Positions 19,313-28,886 are shown, counted from the stretch's first letter. The stretch is DNA of 64,000 nt from Candidatus Nomurabacteria bacterium (GCA_031425235.1 JANPIZ010000004.1:62-64061); one strand, 5' to 3'. Notes: generated by a model not told the origin, from the letters alone. A program made the numbers and translations.

Positions 19313-19549
19313 TTATAATCTTTTTTTTAAGTACAGTCTACCAAATCCGGTTTTTAAAACTTTCTCTCTTTCTATTGCCTTCTTTTCACTTAAACACGCT
19401 TCATAATAAACTATTTCAAAAGGACGTCTATTTTTTGTTGTCTCTACAAAACCCTTATTGTGTTCTATTAAACGTTCTTTTAATTTTGAAGAAAAGCCTA
19501 TGTATAGCTTACCATCTTTTTTACTTTTTAGAACATAAGTATAGAACAT
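19313..19549 (-). CDS. Small stand-alone GIY-YIG nuclease
   Basis: YTYVL..LYIG..RL.EHN.G..EREKVLK. Confidence 0.9.
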   Translation of the reverse strand: MFYTYVLKSKKDGKLYIGFSSKLKERLIEHNKGFVETTKNRRPFEIVYYEACLSEKKAIEREKVLKTGFGRLYLKKRL

Positions 19550-19573
19550 ATTAAATTATTCAACTCACTGAGC

Positions 19574-19612
19574 CCTGCCCACAATGCTTACAGCATAGCT
19601 GTTGCAGGCGGG
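19574..19612 (+). repeat. 39-bp palindromic element inserted in a degenerate copy of the tRNA-Ile 5' end
   Basis: Removing it restores ACTGAGCTAAGGGCGGA versus tRNA ACTGAGCTACAGGCGGA. Confidence 0.8.
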
Positions 19613-19650
19613 TAAGGGCGGATGACTTGGGTATATTTACTATATAAAAG

Positions 19651-21573
19651 TTAGGCAGGTATTTCAAGTGGAGAGATAATATCCTTTTTCTTGAGTACGA
19701 TACCGTGAGCCGTCAAAATTTTCTCGTATTCCTCTTGTTCGAGTGTTTCCACTTCAATAAGCTTGTGCGCAATAGCGTCAAAAGCCTTTTTGTGTTCTCC
19801 TAATACCTTACGAGCACTTACAAGCCCATCATTTATGATCCGCGCAACCTCAGCATCTACTTTTGTGGAAATATTTTCAGAATATTCCTTTTCAGTAGTG
19901 TCGCCGTATATTGTTTTAGCACCACCACCGAGCGTTACTGGTCCGATGACGTCCGACATTCCCCACCTCGTCACCATAGAACGGGCTAGGTTGGTAGCAA
20001 CTTCGAGATCACTCGAAGGTCCAGTAGTAATATCTCCGAATATCATCTCTTCGGCAGCATATCCACCAAGCGACATAGCTATGTCGTCGATAAATTCTTT
20101 TTTAGACTGAAGACGCCTGTCTTCAAGTGGTAACTTGAGCGTATACCCTCCCGCCCTCCCGCGAGCAATAATTGAAACTTTATGTACCGGATCAGCATTG
20201 GGCAACACGGATGCAACAAGGGCATGTCCTGCTTCGTGATATGCTGTGATTTCTTTTTCCTTCTTTGAAAGCAAGTGACTTTTGCGTTCGGGTCCAAGCA
20301 TCACTTTTTCAATCGCACGAATCAGATCAAACTGAAAAACTTTTTTTCTATTTTCACGCGCAGCAAGTATCGCACCTTCGTTCATAAGCGAGTACAAGTC
20401 GGCGCCAGAAAATCCAGGTGTGCGTTCGGCAATCAATGTCAGATTTATATCTTCTGCAAGCGGCTTGCTCTGCGCGTGAATGTTTAATATCGCTTCACGA
20501 TCAGCGCGGTCAGGAAGATCAAGTATTACTTTTCTATCAAAACGCCCCGGTCGCACCAGTGCTGGATCGAGTACATCTGCCCTGTTTGTCGCAGCCATGA
20601 CTACAACTTTATCGTTTGGTTCAAATCCGTCCATTTCCACCAGAATTTGATTTAATGTTTGTTCTCTTTCGTCGTTACCTCCACCAAATCCTCCACCCCT
20701 GGTCCGACCTATCGCATCTATTTCATCAACGAAAATAATTGAGGGTGCAGACTTCTTAGCCATTTTAAATAAATCCCGAACTCGAGATGCTCCAACTCCG
20801 ACAAACATTTCAACAAATTCACTACCAGAGAGATGGAAAAATGGCACTGAGGCTTCGCCAGCTACTGCTCGCGCAAGAAGTGTTTTACCTGTACCTGGGG
20901 CACCTGTAAGTATTACTCCTTTAGGAATCCGAGCTCCAATATCAAGAAATTTCTTTGGGCTTTTTAGAAAATCCACGATCTCTTTTAATTCCTCTTTTGC
21001 TTCTTTACAGCCAGCGACATCTTTAAATGTAACTCTACTGTTTTTGTCATTTGGGTCGGTAATACGAGCTTTGGACTGACCAAAGGTCATGGCTTGCATA
21101 CCAGCGCCTTTCACTTGTCTTGAAATATACCAAAAGAAAACTACGATAAATATGATCGGCAATAAAAATGGTAAAATATTCAAAAGCCAAAATGTGAACC
21201 CTCCCGCCTCTTTTATTTGGATATCTGTTTTACTTAAAGATTCACTTGTTACTCCATAGTTAAAAAGTGTTTGCGACAGCGATGAACCTATTTCCTTCTT
21301 GGCCGTTTTGATTTCTTCGTTTGCGTAGGTGATATTGAGTTTATCTCCTTCTACTACGATTTTCTTAACATCTCCTACTTGGACACTTTTTGCTAAATCA
21401 GAAATAGAAACTTCAGGAGTTTTTTTACTATCTCCTGAAATAACTATATATAGAGCCGTGATAAGCATAAACACAAAAAGCGCACCTACAATACTGGTCG
21501 AGAGTTTTGTTTCTTTTTTACTGCCCTTACCCTTGTTTTCTGCTGTGTTTTTCTTGAGGAAATTAAAATCCAT
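19651..21573 (-). CDS. ftsH: ATP-dependent zinc metalloprotease FtsH
   Basis: Two [27 protein letters not shown]. Confidence 0.97.
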   Translation of the reverse strand: MDFNFLKKNTAENKGKGSKKETKLSTSIVGALFVFMLITALYIVISGDSKKTPEVSISDLAKSVQVGDVKKIVVEGDKLNITYANEEIKTAKKEIGSSLSQTLFNYGVTSESLSKTDIQIKEAGGFTFWLLNILPFLLPIIFIVVFFWYISRQVKGAGMQAMTFGQSKARITDPNDKNSRVTFKDVAGCKEAKEELKEIVDFLKSPKKFLDIGARIPKGVILTGAPGTGKTLLARAVAGEASVPFFHLSGSEFVEMFVGVGASRVRDLFKMAKKSAPSIIFVDEIDAIGRTRGGGFGGGNDEREQTLNQILVEMDGFEPNDKVVVMAATNRADVLDPALVRPGRFDRKVILDLPDRADREAILNIHAQSKPLAEDINLTLIAERTPGFSGADLYSLMNEGAILAARENRKKVFQFDLIRAIEKVMLGPERKSHLLSKKEKEITAYHEAGHALVASVLPNADPVHKVSIIARGRAGGYTLKLPLEDRRLQSKKEFIDDIAMSLGGYAAEEMIFGDITTGPSSDLEVATNLARSMVTRWGMSDVIGPVTLGGGAKTIYGDTTEKEYSENISTKVDAEVARIINDGLVSARKVLGEHKKAFDAIAHKLIEVETLEQEEYEKILTAHGIVLKKKDIISPLEIPA

Positions 21574-21646
21574 GCATCAATTGTAACACAAAAATATGAG
21601 AAAGTTAAATAAGAAACTATTTTAAATAATATGTTAATATTCATCT

Positions 21647-22087
21647 ATGGCAAGTTATGCAGAAAACCGAAAAGCACGCTTTAATTATGAAATTTTGGAG
21701 AAATACACTGCGGGTATTGAACTTCTGGGAACAGAAGTAAAATCAGTCCGTGGTGGACGCATGTCGCTCGATGGAGCTTTTGTCATTATCCGTGGCGGTG
21801 AGGCATATATAATCAATTCCAATATTCCACCATACCAAATAAAAAATGCGGCGAAGGATTATGACCCCCTTCGCAATAGAAAACTTTTACTCACCAAAAA
21901 AGAACTCGCCGAACTTATGTCGAGCGAAAAAACTAACTTGACGATAGTCCCGCTTTCAGTGTATAATAAAGATAGGAAAATCAAAGTCGACATAGCGTTA
22001 GTGAAAGGAAAGAAAAAACACGACAAGAGAGAAACCCTCAAAAAACGTGACGTTGATCGAGAGATCCGAAGAACTTTGAAAAATTAG
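21647..22087 (+). CDS. smpB: SsrA-binding protein
   Basis: NRKARFNY, GIEL.GTEVKS, RKLLL, KGKK.HDKRE. Confidence 0.97.
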   Translation: MASYAENRKARFNYEILEKYTAGIELLGTEVKSVRGGRMSLDGAFVIIRGGEAYIINSNIPPYQIKNAAKDYDPLRNRKLLLTKKELAELMSSEKTNLTIVPLSVYNKDRKIKVDIALVKGKKKHDKRETLKKRDVDREIRRTLKN

Positions 22088-22109
22088 TAATTTTAGAAAA
22101 TTATTACAT

Positions 22110-22509
22110 GGGGATGCAAGGCATAGACAGTAGGCCTTTTGTTATCGATGCATACCGAGTATTGACGTAATCTCGTAAAACTTCGTCTACATGTTAATTG
22201 CAAAATTAGCTACTAAGGTAAAGGCTTCAGTCTCTCCATACTTCGGTATGAATGACTTCGCTTTTGCTCGAGTTTCCGCTTAGCGCAAGCTCGTGTCTCA
22301 CGTATAGACTTCCGATATATATGATGAGGCAACACATTATCGGGATAGCCCCGCCCCAATTCCTGGCGGCGGGGTCGAAACAAAAGGAATCGATTAAAAA
22401 ATATTTGGCTCGCTTAAGAATTTTTTAATTTAAACCAAAAAGCGCGCTATGTATGTAGACTTCGTTACGAAAACCTCCTGCACACGGGTTCAATTCCCGT
22501 CTTCTCCAC
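22110..22509 (+). ncRNA. ssrA: tmRNA; tag reading frame 22200..22283 AKLATKVKASVSPYFGMNDFAFARVSA
   Basis: 5' GGGGATG, 3' T-arm ACGGG-TTCAATT-CCCGT then CTTCTCC-A with G3.U70; directly after smpB. Confidence 0.92.
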
Positions 22510-24078
22510 ATATGGGGTTTCTAAGGTAGAAAACTCCTCAAATAACCTTACGGCACTTGGTATTTTGTTGGTTCGATAACCTTCTTCTACCGAATACTTA
22601 AGTTTATTCTCAAAAATAAAGTAAAAAAGATTTTGCTTCTCTTTGGTATCTAAAGTTATCCATATTTTGTATGGGCTTTTTAACAATCCATTAGCCTTAT
22701 CCAAGGCGGTTTGATAAGGAATATCAAAATCAAAATTTTCAGCAGGTATAGTAGAATCTATCAATTCAATTTCATTACTTATTCGTTCAATATGACTTTC
22801 GTAAGCCTTTTTTACATTTTCGCTTTTGGCAGAGACTAGAAGTTCCATAAATTCACCTACTTGTTTTTCTAAGTTTGCTTTCTTAAAGCTTAAATCATTG
22901 TGCTTTATTCTAATATTTTTAACTTCATCCTTCCACACCTTATCAAATACGACCTTCACAAGTTTCGAAACATCTTTTTTCAAAGTTATACTTTTTAGTA
23001 TGTTATTAAACTCATCTTCAATGACATCTTTACGAACTATTCTACCTTTATTTACACAACCTTTCTTTTGGCAGTAGTAATAGGGATGCCTTCGATTTCT
23101 TCCTTTACACCAAGCCGCAGTTAAGTGACTTTCACAATCAGCACATACCAACAAGCCTCTCAAGGGAAAATCGTCTGAGGTATCTTTTCTAATTCTTTTA
23201 CCAAAATCACCTCTATCTAACCTTTTTTGTATTAACTCAAAGGTTTCTAAAGAAATGATTGGCTTGTGCTTTCCTAAACGTCGAGATACTTCCCACATAG
23301 GATATTCAATGAACCCAGCATAGAAAGGGTCTCTTAGGATAGCATTCTCAAGCTTATCTATATATTTTTCAGGAGATTGTTTTTTCCACAACCCTTTTTC
23401 AACAAGAAATTTACAAACATCAATTTTTCTAACAAAAGTTCCATTAGCAAATCCTTCTAATGCTTCTTTAAGAATCTTCGCCTCACTTTCAACTTGAATA
23501 GATATCGTTCCGTGTTCTGAACTTTTTGTCATAAGATAACCTTTTTTACTACCGAAAGACCAGTAGCCTAGTTCAAGCCGGGCTTTTTGTTTTTGGATTA
23601 CTTGTCTGCGATTCTGATGTCTTTCAAGTTCTGATTGACCCGCCATAATGATTTCAGCAAAACGACCTTCAGGGGTATCGTCAAATGTATAGTTTAAACA
23701 TTTTAAAGCTACGTTTCTATATGAAAAAGCAGTTTTTAATTTGAAATGAAATTCAATATCTCTTGCAAAACGCTTCAAGTCGTCAAATACAACTACAAAT
23801 TTTTTGTGAGGATTATTGTCTATATATTCTAATAATGCTCTCATCGCTGGCCTTTTCATAAAATCTCCACCACCGGTATAACTGTCAGGAAATGTTTTTA
23901 TATAAGGCACTTTTAAAGAACTTAATTCTTGAATACACCTTCCTTCTTGGCTTTTTAAACCGGAACCCTCTGTTTCCTGTTTTTTACTCGATACCCTAAC
24001 ATATACTATACCAACCCTATCTTCATATGGGTTAAGGGAGAGATTTTTTCTATCTGATATTTTTCTTGCTTTGCTCAT
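22465..24078 (-). CDS. Large serine recombinase (integrase); C-terminus VEKTGIEPVCRRFS is antisense tmRNA
   Basis: YVRVSS, DLKRFAR, CADC..YYYC..C Zn ribbon, coiled coil. Confidence 0.93.
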   Translation of the reverse strand: MSKARKISDRKNLSLNPYEDRVGIVYVRVSSKKQETEGSGLKSQEGRCIQELSSLKVPYIKTFPDSYTGGGDFMKRPAMRALLEYIDNNPHKKFVVVFDDLKRFARDIEFHFKLKTAFSYRNVALKCLNYTFDDTPEGRFAEIIMAGQSELERHQNRRQVIQKQKARLELGYWSFGSKKGYLMTKSSEHGTISIQVESEAKILKEALEGFANGTFVRKIDVCKFLVEKGLWKKQSPEKYIDKLENAILRDPFYAGFIEYPMWEVSRRLGKHKPIISLETFELIQKRLDRGDFGKRIRKDTSDDFPLRGLLVCADCESHLTAAWCKGRNRRHPYYYCQKKGCVNKGRIVRKDVIEDEFNNILKSITLKKDVSKLVKVVFDKVWKDEVKNIRIKHNDLSFKKANLEKQVGEFMELLVSAKSENVKKAYESHIERISNEIELIDSTIPAENFDFDIPYQTALDKANGLLKSPYKIWITLDTKEKQNLFYFIFENKLKYSVEEGYRTNKIPSAVRLFEEFSTLETPYVEKTGIEPVCRRFS

Positions 24079-24310
24079 TTATTTTGGTTCGCACAAACTT
24101 TTCTACATCCTGTCTAACAATATTTCTACAGAATGCTTCTAAGTAAGTTACCTTCTTTCGCACTTCTTCGTCAGAGCTTTTATTATCGTTTAATATCTTC
24201 CTATATTCGCTTATAGATATTATGTCGTGGTTCCGTGAGTTTGTAAGCGCTGAAGATGTTGGTTTCTCAGTAATTGGAGCAATATTGGTTATGTCTTGGC
24301 TGATAGTCAT
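24050..24310 (-). CDS. Small hypothetical protein overlapping the integrase start (possible accessory or directionality factor)
   Basis: 86-aa ORF, IISISEYRKIL..SDEEV; function inferred from position only. Confidence 0.6.
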   Translation of the reverse strand: MTISQDITNIAPITEKPTSSALTNSRNHDIISISEYRKILNDNKSSDEEVRKKVTYLEAFCRNIVRQDVEKFVRTKINEQSKKNIR

Positions 24311-24361
24311 TTTTTAGTAAAAAACTCCACAATGGACGACGTGGTCTCGTTTTGGGTGCTT

Positions 24362-24475
24362 TTAAGACTTGTCTGCATTGTCTTGAGCAGGCGTTTTTAT
24401 TAACCCTTCACTCTCCAAAATATCATTAAGTAATTGTTCGACTGCTTCCTCTATGTCTTCTTTTTTGTTTCTCAT
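24362..24475 (-). CDS. Putative 37-aa acidic peptide MRNKKEDIEEAVEQLLNDILESEGLIKTPAQDNADKS
   Basis: TAGAAT 6 nt upstream of ATG; heads the integrase-direction transcript. Confidence 0.4.
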   Translation of the reverse strand: MRNKKEDIEEAVEQLLNDILESEGLIKTPAQDNADKS

Positions 24476-24626
24476 CTAACTATTCTAATGAAAACTGTTC
24501 TTTCGTGATGGGTGGATAACTACAAAAAACATTTATAGGAAAGGAATACAATAAATTGTCAAAAAACACATCAGCGTTAACAACTGTGTCGATTCTTGCT
24601 ATTATGTAAATGTAAAACTTAATAGA

Positions 24627-24775
24627 AGACCTAACCCCTAAATTTTAGGATATGGTCTAAAAACCGGCTAAGGAGCAAAGAACCCATCGTATGGGGGCTA
24701 CCTTAGCCGGTCATATGTCGAAAGATATATGGATAGCGAAAGCTGTCACCCCTGCGGTGGGCTTTTTGCTGTCTA
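24627..24775 (+). ncRNA. Highly structured RNA or leader candidate
   Basis: 11-bp stem 24663..24673/24701..24711, two GAAA-capped hairpins, ~21-bp long-range helix 24674..24696/24749..24770. Confidence 0.6.
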
Positions 24776-24790
24776 ATTATTTAAAATAAT

Positions 24791-24940
24791 ATGCTTTCAT
24801 TTATTTTAGCTTTGTGGGTAATTTTAATTGGTCTAACGTCCTTACTTTTTGGAAAGGGAGTTGCTTTAACAGTAGTAATTATTGGAGTAGTTATTACTGC
24901 TTTAAAAATATTTAATTCAAAAATGAGTTCAGAGGAGTAG
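24791..24940 (+). CDS. Putative 49-aa two-TM peptide MLSFILALWVILIGLTSLLFGKGVALTVVIIGVVITALKIFNSKMSSEE
   Basis: ATG..TAG ORF below the track cutoff, just after the structured RNA. Confidence 0.5.
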   Translation: MLSFILALWVILIGLTSLLFGKGVALTVVIIGVVITALKIFNSKMSSEE

Positions 24941-24962
24941 CTCAATATGTTTAGTGTAAGAA

Positions 24963-26063
24963 TTATAGATTATATTCTTTTACTAAATCTTTTAACTTGG
25001 TCTTGTGTATGGTTTTAAGTTCAGTATCATTTTCTACTAACTCAATATACTCATTAAAAAATATTTTAGGGGTTGCAATTAAACGAAGGTAATACTTTAA
25101 AGTATGTAAAAGGCCATTAACAATCAACTGGCAACCGTGCTTTTCTTTTATCTCAAAAATTAGTTCGTCAATCTTTTGATGGTCTTTTTCTAAAGTTCCT
25201 ATATAAGAAAGTATGTAATATCGTTCTGGGTTAAACCGAGCAATTTTCTCATAAGCAATTCTGGCAATATTTATATCAACCAATTTATCTAACTTAACCT
25301 CCACAACTTCAAATACTTGCTTTCCTTTCATTACTTGTATGTCACCGGCACTTTTCGAGGTCCTGTCCGAAGCTGTATGACTTCCAAGTGGAGCAAGTTT
25401 ACAATTCTTATATCTACCTATCTCTGAAATTAATGATTTATATATTGAATAAAAGGCTAAGACAGGAAGTTTGGAACCACCAGAGGTGCTATATTTTTCA
25501 GTGAAATGCTTTTCCATCAATTCAACAATGGTTGAAATCATTAGTTCATCAGAGTTAGATAATTTCTTTATTTCTATATGATTATTTTTCTTAAATAGAA
25601 TTGCACTATTGAGCATAAGTCGTAATAGATTTTCAGTAATGTTTTTATTTGCCTGAAAAGCGTCTACAACCATTAAAAAAGCTTCCTTCATACCCTTACC
25701 AGAAATTTCTCCCTTGTAGTCTTTTGTATAAGGATAAGGTTGTTCTAAACTCCTTGTTAGCCAACCACTTTCAGCCATAGAAAGTAGCCCTAATTCTTTT
25801 AGGGTTGGAGTAATATATTTAGTATCGATTGTTCTGGCAGAAAAACCATTTTCCATTTTATCTTGAAAATATCGTATATCTTGTTTTGGTTCTAAGAGTT
25901 TGTGAACCATTAGAGTTATTAGAACTGTATAGACACCTTTGTTTCTATCAATATTATTTGTAATATTTTTTAGAAAATCTATGGTTTTATTAGATACATT
26001 ATCAATATCTGAAACATCAAATGATTTTTTATATATTTCTAATAGTTTCTCTTTGTGATTCAT
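24963..26063 (-). CDS. Probable type II restriction endonuclease
   Basis: Directly downstream of a C5 methyltransferase; PD-(D/E)xK-like GDIQV..EVVEVK. Confidence 0.75.
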   Translation of the reverse strand: MNHKEKLLEIYKKSFDVSDIDNVSNKTIDFLKNITNNIDRNKGVYTVLITLMVHKLLEPKQDIRYFQDKMENGFSARTIDTKYITPTLKELGLLSMAESGWLTRSLEQPYPYTKDYKGEISGKGMKEAFLMVVDAFQANKNITENLLRLMLNSAILFKKNNHIEIKKLSNSDELMISTIVELMEKHFTEKYSTSGGSKLPVLAFYSIYKSLISEIGRYKNCKLAPLGSHTASDRTSKSAGDIQVMKGKQVFEVVEVKLDKLVDINIARIAYEKIARFNPERYYILSYIGTLEKDHQKIDELIFEIKEKHGCQLIVNGLLHTLKYYLRLIATPKIFFNEYIELVENDTELKTIHKTKLKDLVKEYNL

Positions 26064-26068
26064 AAAAA

Positions 26069-27148
26069 TTAAAGTAATTGAGCCAATATCTGTTTTCCAA
26101 CTTCTCTTATCATAGGAACAGCGACAGCATTTCCTACTTGGTTATAACAAGAACCCACTTTACTAATTTTTCGAAAGTGGTCAGGGAAACCTTGTAACCT
26201 AAAGCATTCATTCAGTGTTAATTTCCTCACCTTTTTCCCATCATAAATCCAGAATCGTCCAGATGTTTCTTGTGAAGGTAAAGTTGGATGTGTCCCATCA
26301 ATGAAGTATATCCTATTAGGCTGTTTGTGAACTCGAGATAAATGTTCAGTGTTGGGACGAGTGCCATTTATTCTTATTGATTTATTTCTATACCCACAAA
26401 AAATTAGGCCAGACTCTTGCTGTTTCCACTTATCTTTAGACAAGATTGTATATTCTTTTGGCTTAAGATATTCAAACTCTGCTTCTTTTTCAAGAATATC
26501 TTTAATGGTCTTAGATTTTACCTTGGTGAGTTTTGAAAAGTTAAAGCGACTAACTTTATGACCGATAATTATCAATCTTTCCCTGTTTTGGGCTAAGCCA
26601 AAATCTTTTGCATTAAGAATATGCCACTCAGTTTGGTAACCCAACTCTTCAAGATGTTTAATGAGTGTCTTTAGTGTCTTCTTTCCGTCGTGGTCTTTTA
26701 AATGTTTTACATTTTCTAAAAAAACGACTTTGGGTTGTTTTTCTTTTATGATTTCTAAGATATTAAAAAATAATGTTCCTCTTGTATCTTCAAAACCCTT
26801 CATCTTTCCAGAGATACTAAAGGGCTGACAAGGAAATCCACCACATAAAATATCGTGGTCTGGTATTGTTTTTGGGTCAATTTTTGTAATGTCGCCGCTT
26901 GGATATTCACCAAAGTTAGCTGCATATGTCTTTGCACATTCTTCATCTATTTCTGAAGAAAAAACACATCTACCATCAAGTTCTTCAAGGGCAAAACGAA
27001 ACCCACCTATGCCGGCGAATAAATCTATAAAGGTAAACTTTCCTTTATTGTGTCCCCTTGGTTCTAAAAACAACCCTCCAAGGGTGCTTTTTTGTCTAAC
27101 TTTATTAGTAGATTGTTTTGCTGCTTTTACATAGTCTGTCGTCGGCAT
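26069..27148 (-). CDS. DNA (cytosine-5)-methyltransferase
   Basis: DLFAGIGG, GFPCQPFS, ENV, QNRER, GNAV. Confidence 0.96.
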   Translation of the reverse strand: MPTTDYVKAAKQSTNKVRQKSTLGGLFLEPRGHNKGKFTFIDLFAGIGGFRFALEELDGRCVFSSEIDEECAKTYAANFGEYPSGDITKIDPKTIPDHDILCGGFPCQPFSISGKMKGFEDTRGTLFFNILEIIKEKQPKVVFLENVKHLKDHDGKKTLKTLIKHLEELGYQTEWHILNAKDFGLAQNRERLIIIGHKVSRFNFSKLTKVKSKTIKDILEKEAEFEYLKPKEYTILSKDKWKQQESGLIFCGYRNKSIRINGTRPNTEHLSRVHKQPNRIYFIDGTHPTLPSQETSGRFWIYDGKKVRKLTLNECFRLQGFPDHFRKISKVGSCYNQVGNAVAVPMIREVGKQILAQLL

Positions 27149-27408
27149 AAGTTTATTATACTTTAGAATGATGTATATTGTAAACGAACGTTCGAACGAG
27201 CTTTATTTATAGAAGTTACTTTCAGTTCCAAAAGTGCGTAAAAACTAACCCAATTTGTAGATTTATTGAGTGATTTCTCATAACGCAGGCAAGTCAAAAA
27301 TGTCCTTATTTTCCAATAAAGATTTTGCCCCCTATAATGCCGGAAAAGCATTCGCAGATTTATATATATGTGTCGTAATGTATAAAATAACGAGTGTTTA
27401 AAAAAAAG

Positions 27409-27938
27409 TTAGATTTTATTCAATAGGCTTGTGCTCGATATTTTCCAACCCATAGCTTCTTTGCTAACAATATAAAGGTAAGCTAATTCATCTATTTTAG
27501 TATTTCCTTTTTTAAAATCTTTATTGAGAAAAGATAGTGGCATTAACAGTTCTGATGCAAACTGATTTGCCTCAGTTTCATTAGGAGATTTGGCATTGTA
27601 TAAATCAACCCTAGACTCACTACAAGAAGTATTAAATAATAAATGACCTATTTCGTGAGCAATAGAAAACCTTTTACGGTGCCAGCTGTGATTTTCGTTG
27701 TAATGAATTTCATCTCTGCGTTTTGTTTTTGTTTCGTCTTCCACTGTTACCAATATTCCAGACAATGCATCACTAAAATTAGCTGTAGGGTATAAACACC
27801 AAGGTTGTGTGTTGATTGTAGATGAGTAATTACTACCCTAAGAGAAACAGGTGCTTCTTTTATTTTGGATTTCTTTATTAAGTCTCGAGCAAGATTTCTC
27901 GATGCTCCGATTCTTGCTTTTTCATTTTGTTCCTCCAT
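27409..27938 (-). pseudogene. ImmA/IrrE-family metallopeptidase, frameshifted near 27790
   Basis: RFSIAHEIGH..ETEANQFASELLMP; removing 2 nt joins GVY to PTANFSDALSGILV. Confidence 0.8.
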
Positions 27939-28272
27939 CTTCCTTAGTTCGATTCTTAGCCATTTCTATAATATGTAAAATTGCGTCTTTGTCTTTTTCT
28001 CCCAAACCAGCTTCTGCTCGTAAAGCCACTCGAACATTTAATTGTTCTTCTGGTTGACCTATGAAATAACGAATATCTCTATCAAGTATCTGGGCAATTT
28101 TCTCCAAGTCCACTATAGTTACCTTTCGTTCGCCGGCTTCTATGTATGAAACTGTAGTAGAGGATTCATACCCTAATTTTTCAGCCAGTTCTCGCTGAGA
28201 AATACCAGCCAATTCTCTGGCTGTTCTTATGTTTTTCCCAATAAAGACATACTTATTTTCTTCTTTTGTCAT
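27922..28272 (-). CDS. XRE-family (ImmR/cI-like) repressor
   Basis: IRTARELAGISQRELAEKLGY..SYIEAGER; leaderless start. Confidence 0.9.
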   Translation of the reverse strand: MTKEENKYVFIGKNIRTARELAGISQRELAEKLGYESSTTVSYIEAGERKVTIVDLEKIAQILDRDIRYFIGQPEEQLNVRVALRAEAGLGEKDKDAILHIIEMAKNRTKEDGGTK

Positions 28273-28278
28273 ATTGTC

Positions 28279-28330
28279 ATTATATACTTCCCAAAATGTG
28301 TTGACAAGGGTATTATCATTTTGGTAAACT
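28279..28330. promoter_or_regulatory. Divergent promoters with a candidate operator CCAAAATG..CATTTTGG
   Basis: TTGACA(28301)-18-TAAACT on +, TATAAT(28279..28284) on -, inverted repeat 28291..28298/28317..28324. Confidence 0.6.
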
Positions 28331-28416
28331 TGGTTTAACAGAGTGGTAAGGGTCTGGTCGGTGACTCTGAAGCGCAGCTACTTTGATTAATAAATTAGGT
28401 TAGGTTGGTTAAATTT

Positions 28417-28593
28417 ATGAGTAAAATAGAAGTTTATACAGACCGTGCGGGACAACATCGTTGGAGACTTAAAGCCAGTAACGGCGAAATTGTGGCTACC
28501 AGTGAAGGGTATACTACAAGGTCGTCTGCAAAACAGTCAGCTCAAAGCGTAAAACGTTGGGCTAGCTCAGCAGACATCGTCGAGATTAACTAG
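28417..28593 (+). CDS. YegP/DUF1508-family small protein
   Basis: D.AGQHRWRLKASNGEIVATSEGY. Confidence 0.85.
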   Translation: MSKIEVYTDRAGQHRWRLKASNGEIVATSEGYTTRSSAKQSAQSVKRWASSADIVEIN

Positions 28594-28623
28594 TTGGTAG
28601 TATAACAAATATTGCAATATTGG

Positions 28624-28659
28624 GGAATACCTAAGCCAATCACTTGGGTATTTCTTTTT
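28624..28659 (+). terminator. Intrinsic terminator
   Basis: GAATACCTAAG..CTTGGGTATTT followed by a T tract. Confidence 0.6.
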
Positions 28660-28723
28660 CAAAACATCATAATTACTTTTTATAATTCAATACCCTAAGT
28701 GTGGTATGCTTACTTGAGGTAAA

Positions 28724-28831
28724 TTAAACGTTTGTAAGAGCTTTTTGAAGCTTCTCGTTGTTTTTATAAAATATCCAAAACTGATTAAGGTAGTCTTTTA
28801 AGCGATTTAATAAATTACCCCCTGAGTCCAC
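28724..28831 (-). other. Displaced integrase C-terminal coding segment VDSGGNLLNRLKDYLNQFWIFYKNNEKLQKALTNV
   Basis: Starts at the GTGGA core in the same frame as integrase ..TPY-GTG-GA; open for 35 codons to TAA. Confidence 0.7.
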
Positions 28832-28886
28832 TCGAGTGCTTTTGTGTGAAAATTATTATTTATATTATTTGTAAGAAAAAAAATAT

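Larger units (their letters stand above)
22505..28831. mobile_element. ~6.3-kb serine-integrase genomic island in the tmRNA 3' end; TCCAC core at 22505..22509 and 28827..28831
   Basis: Integrase abuts ssrA; the distal core is followed in frame by a 35-aa integrase-like tail; cargo is R-M, XRE/ImmA and a YegP-like gene. Confidence 0.8.

Noticed and set aside
22509-28831. Prophage
   Set aside because: No structural, terminase or replication genes; better described as a small integrative island.
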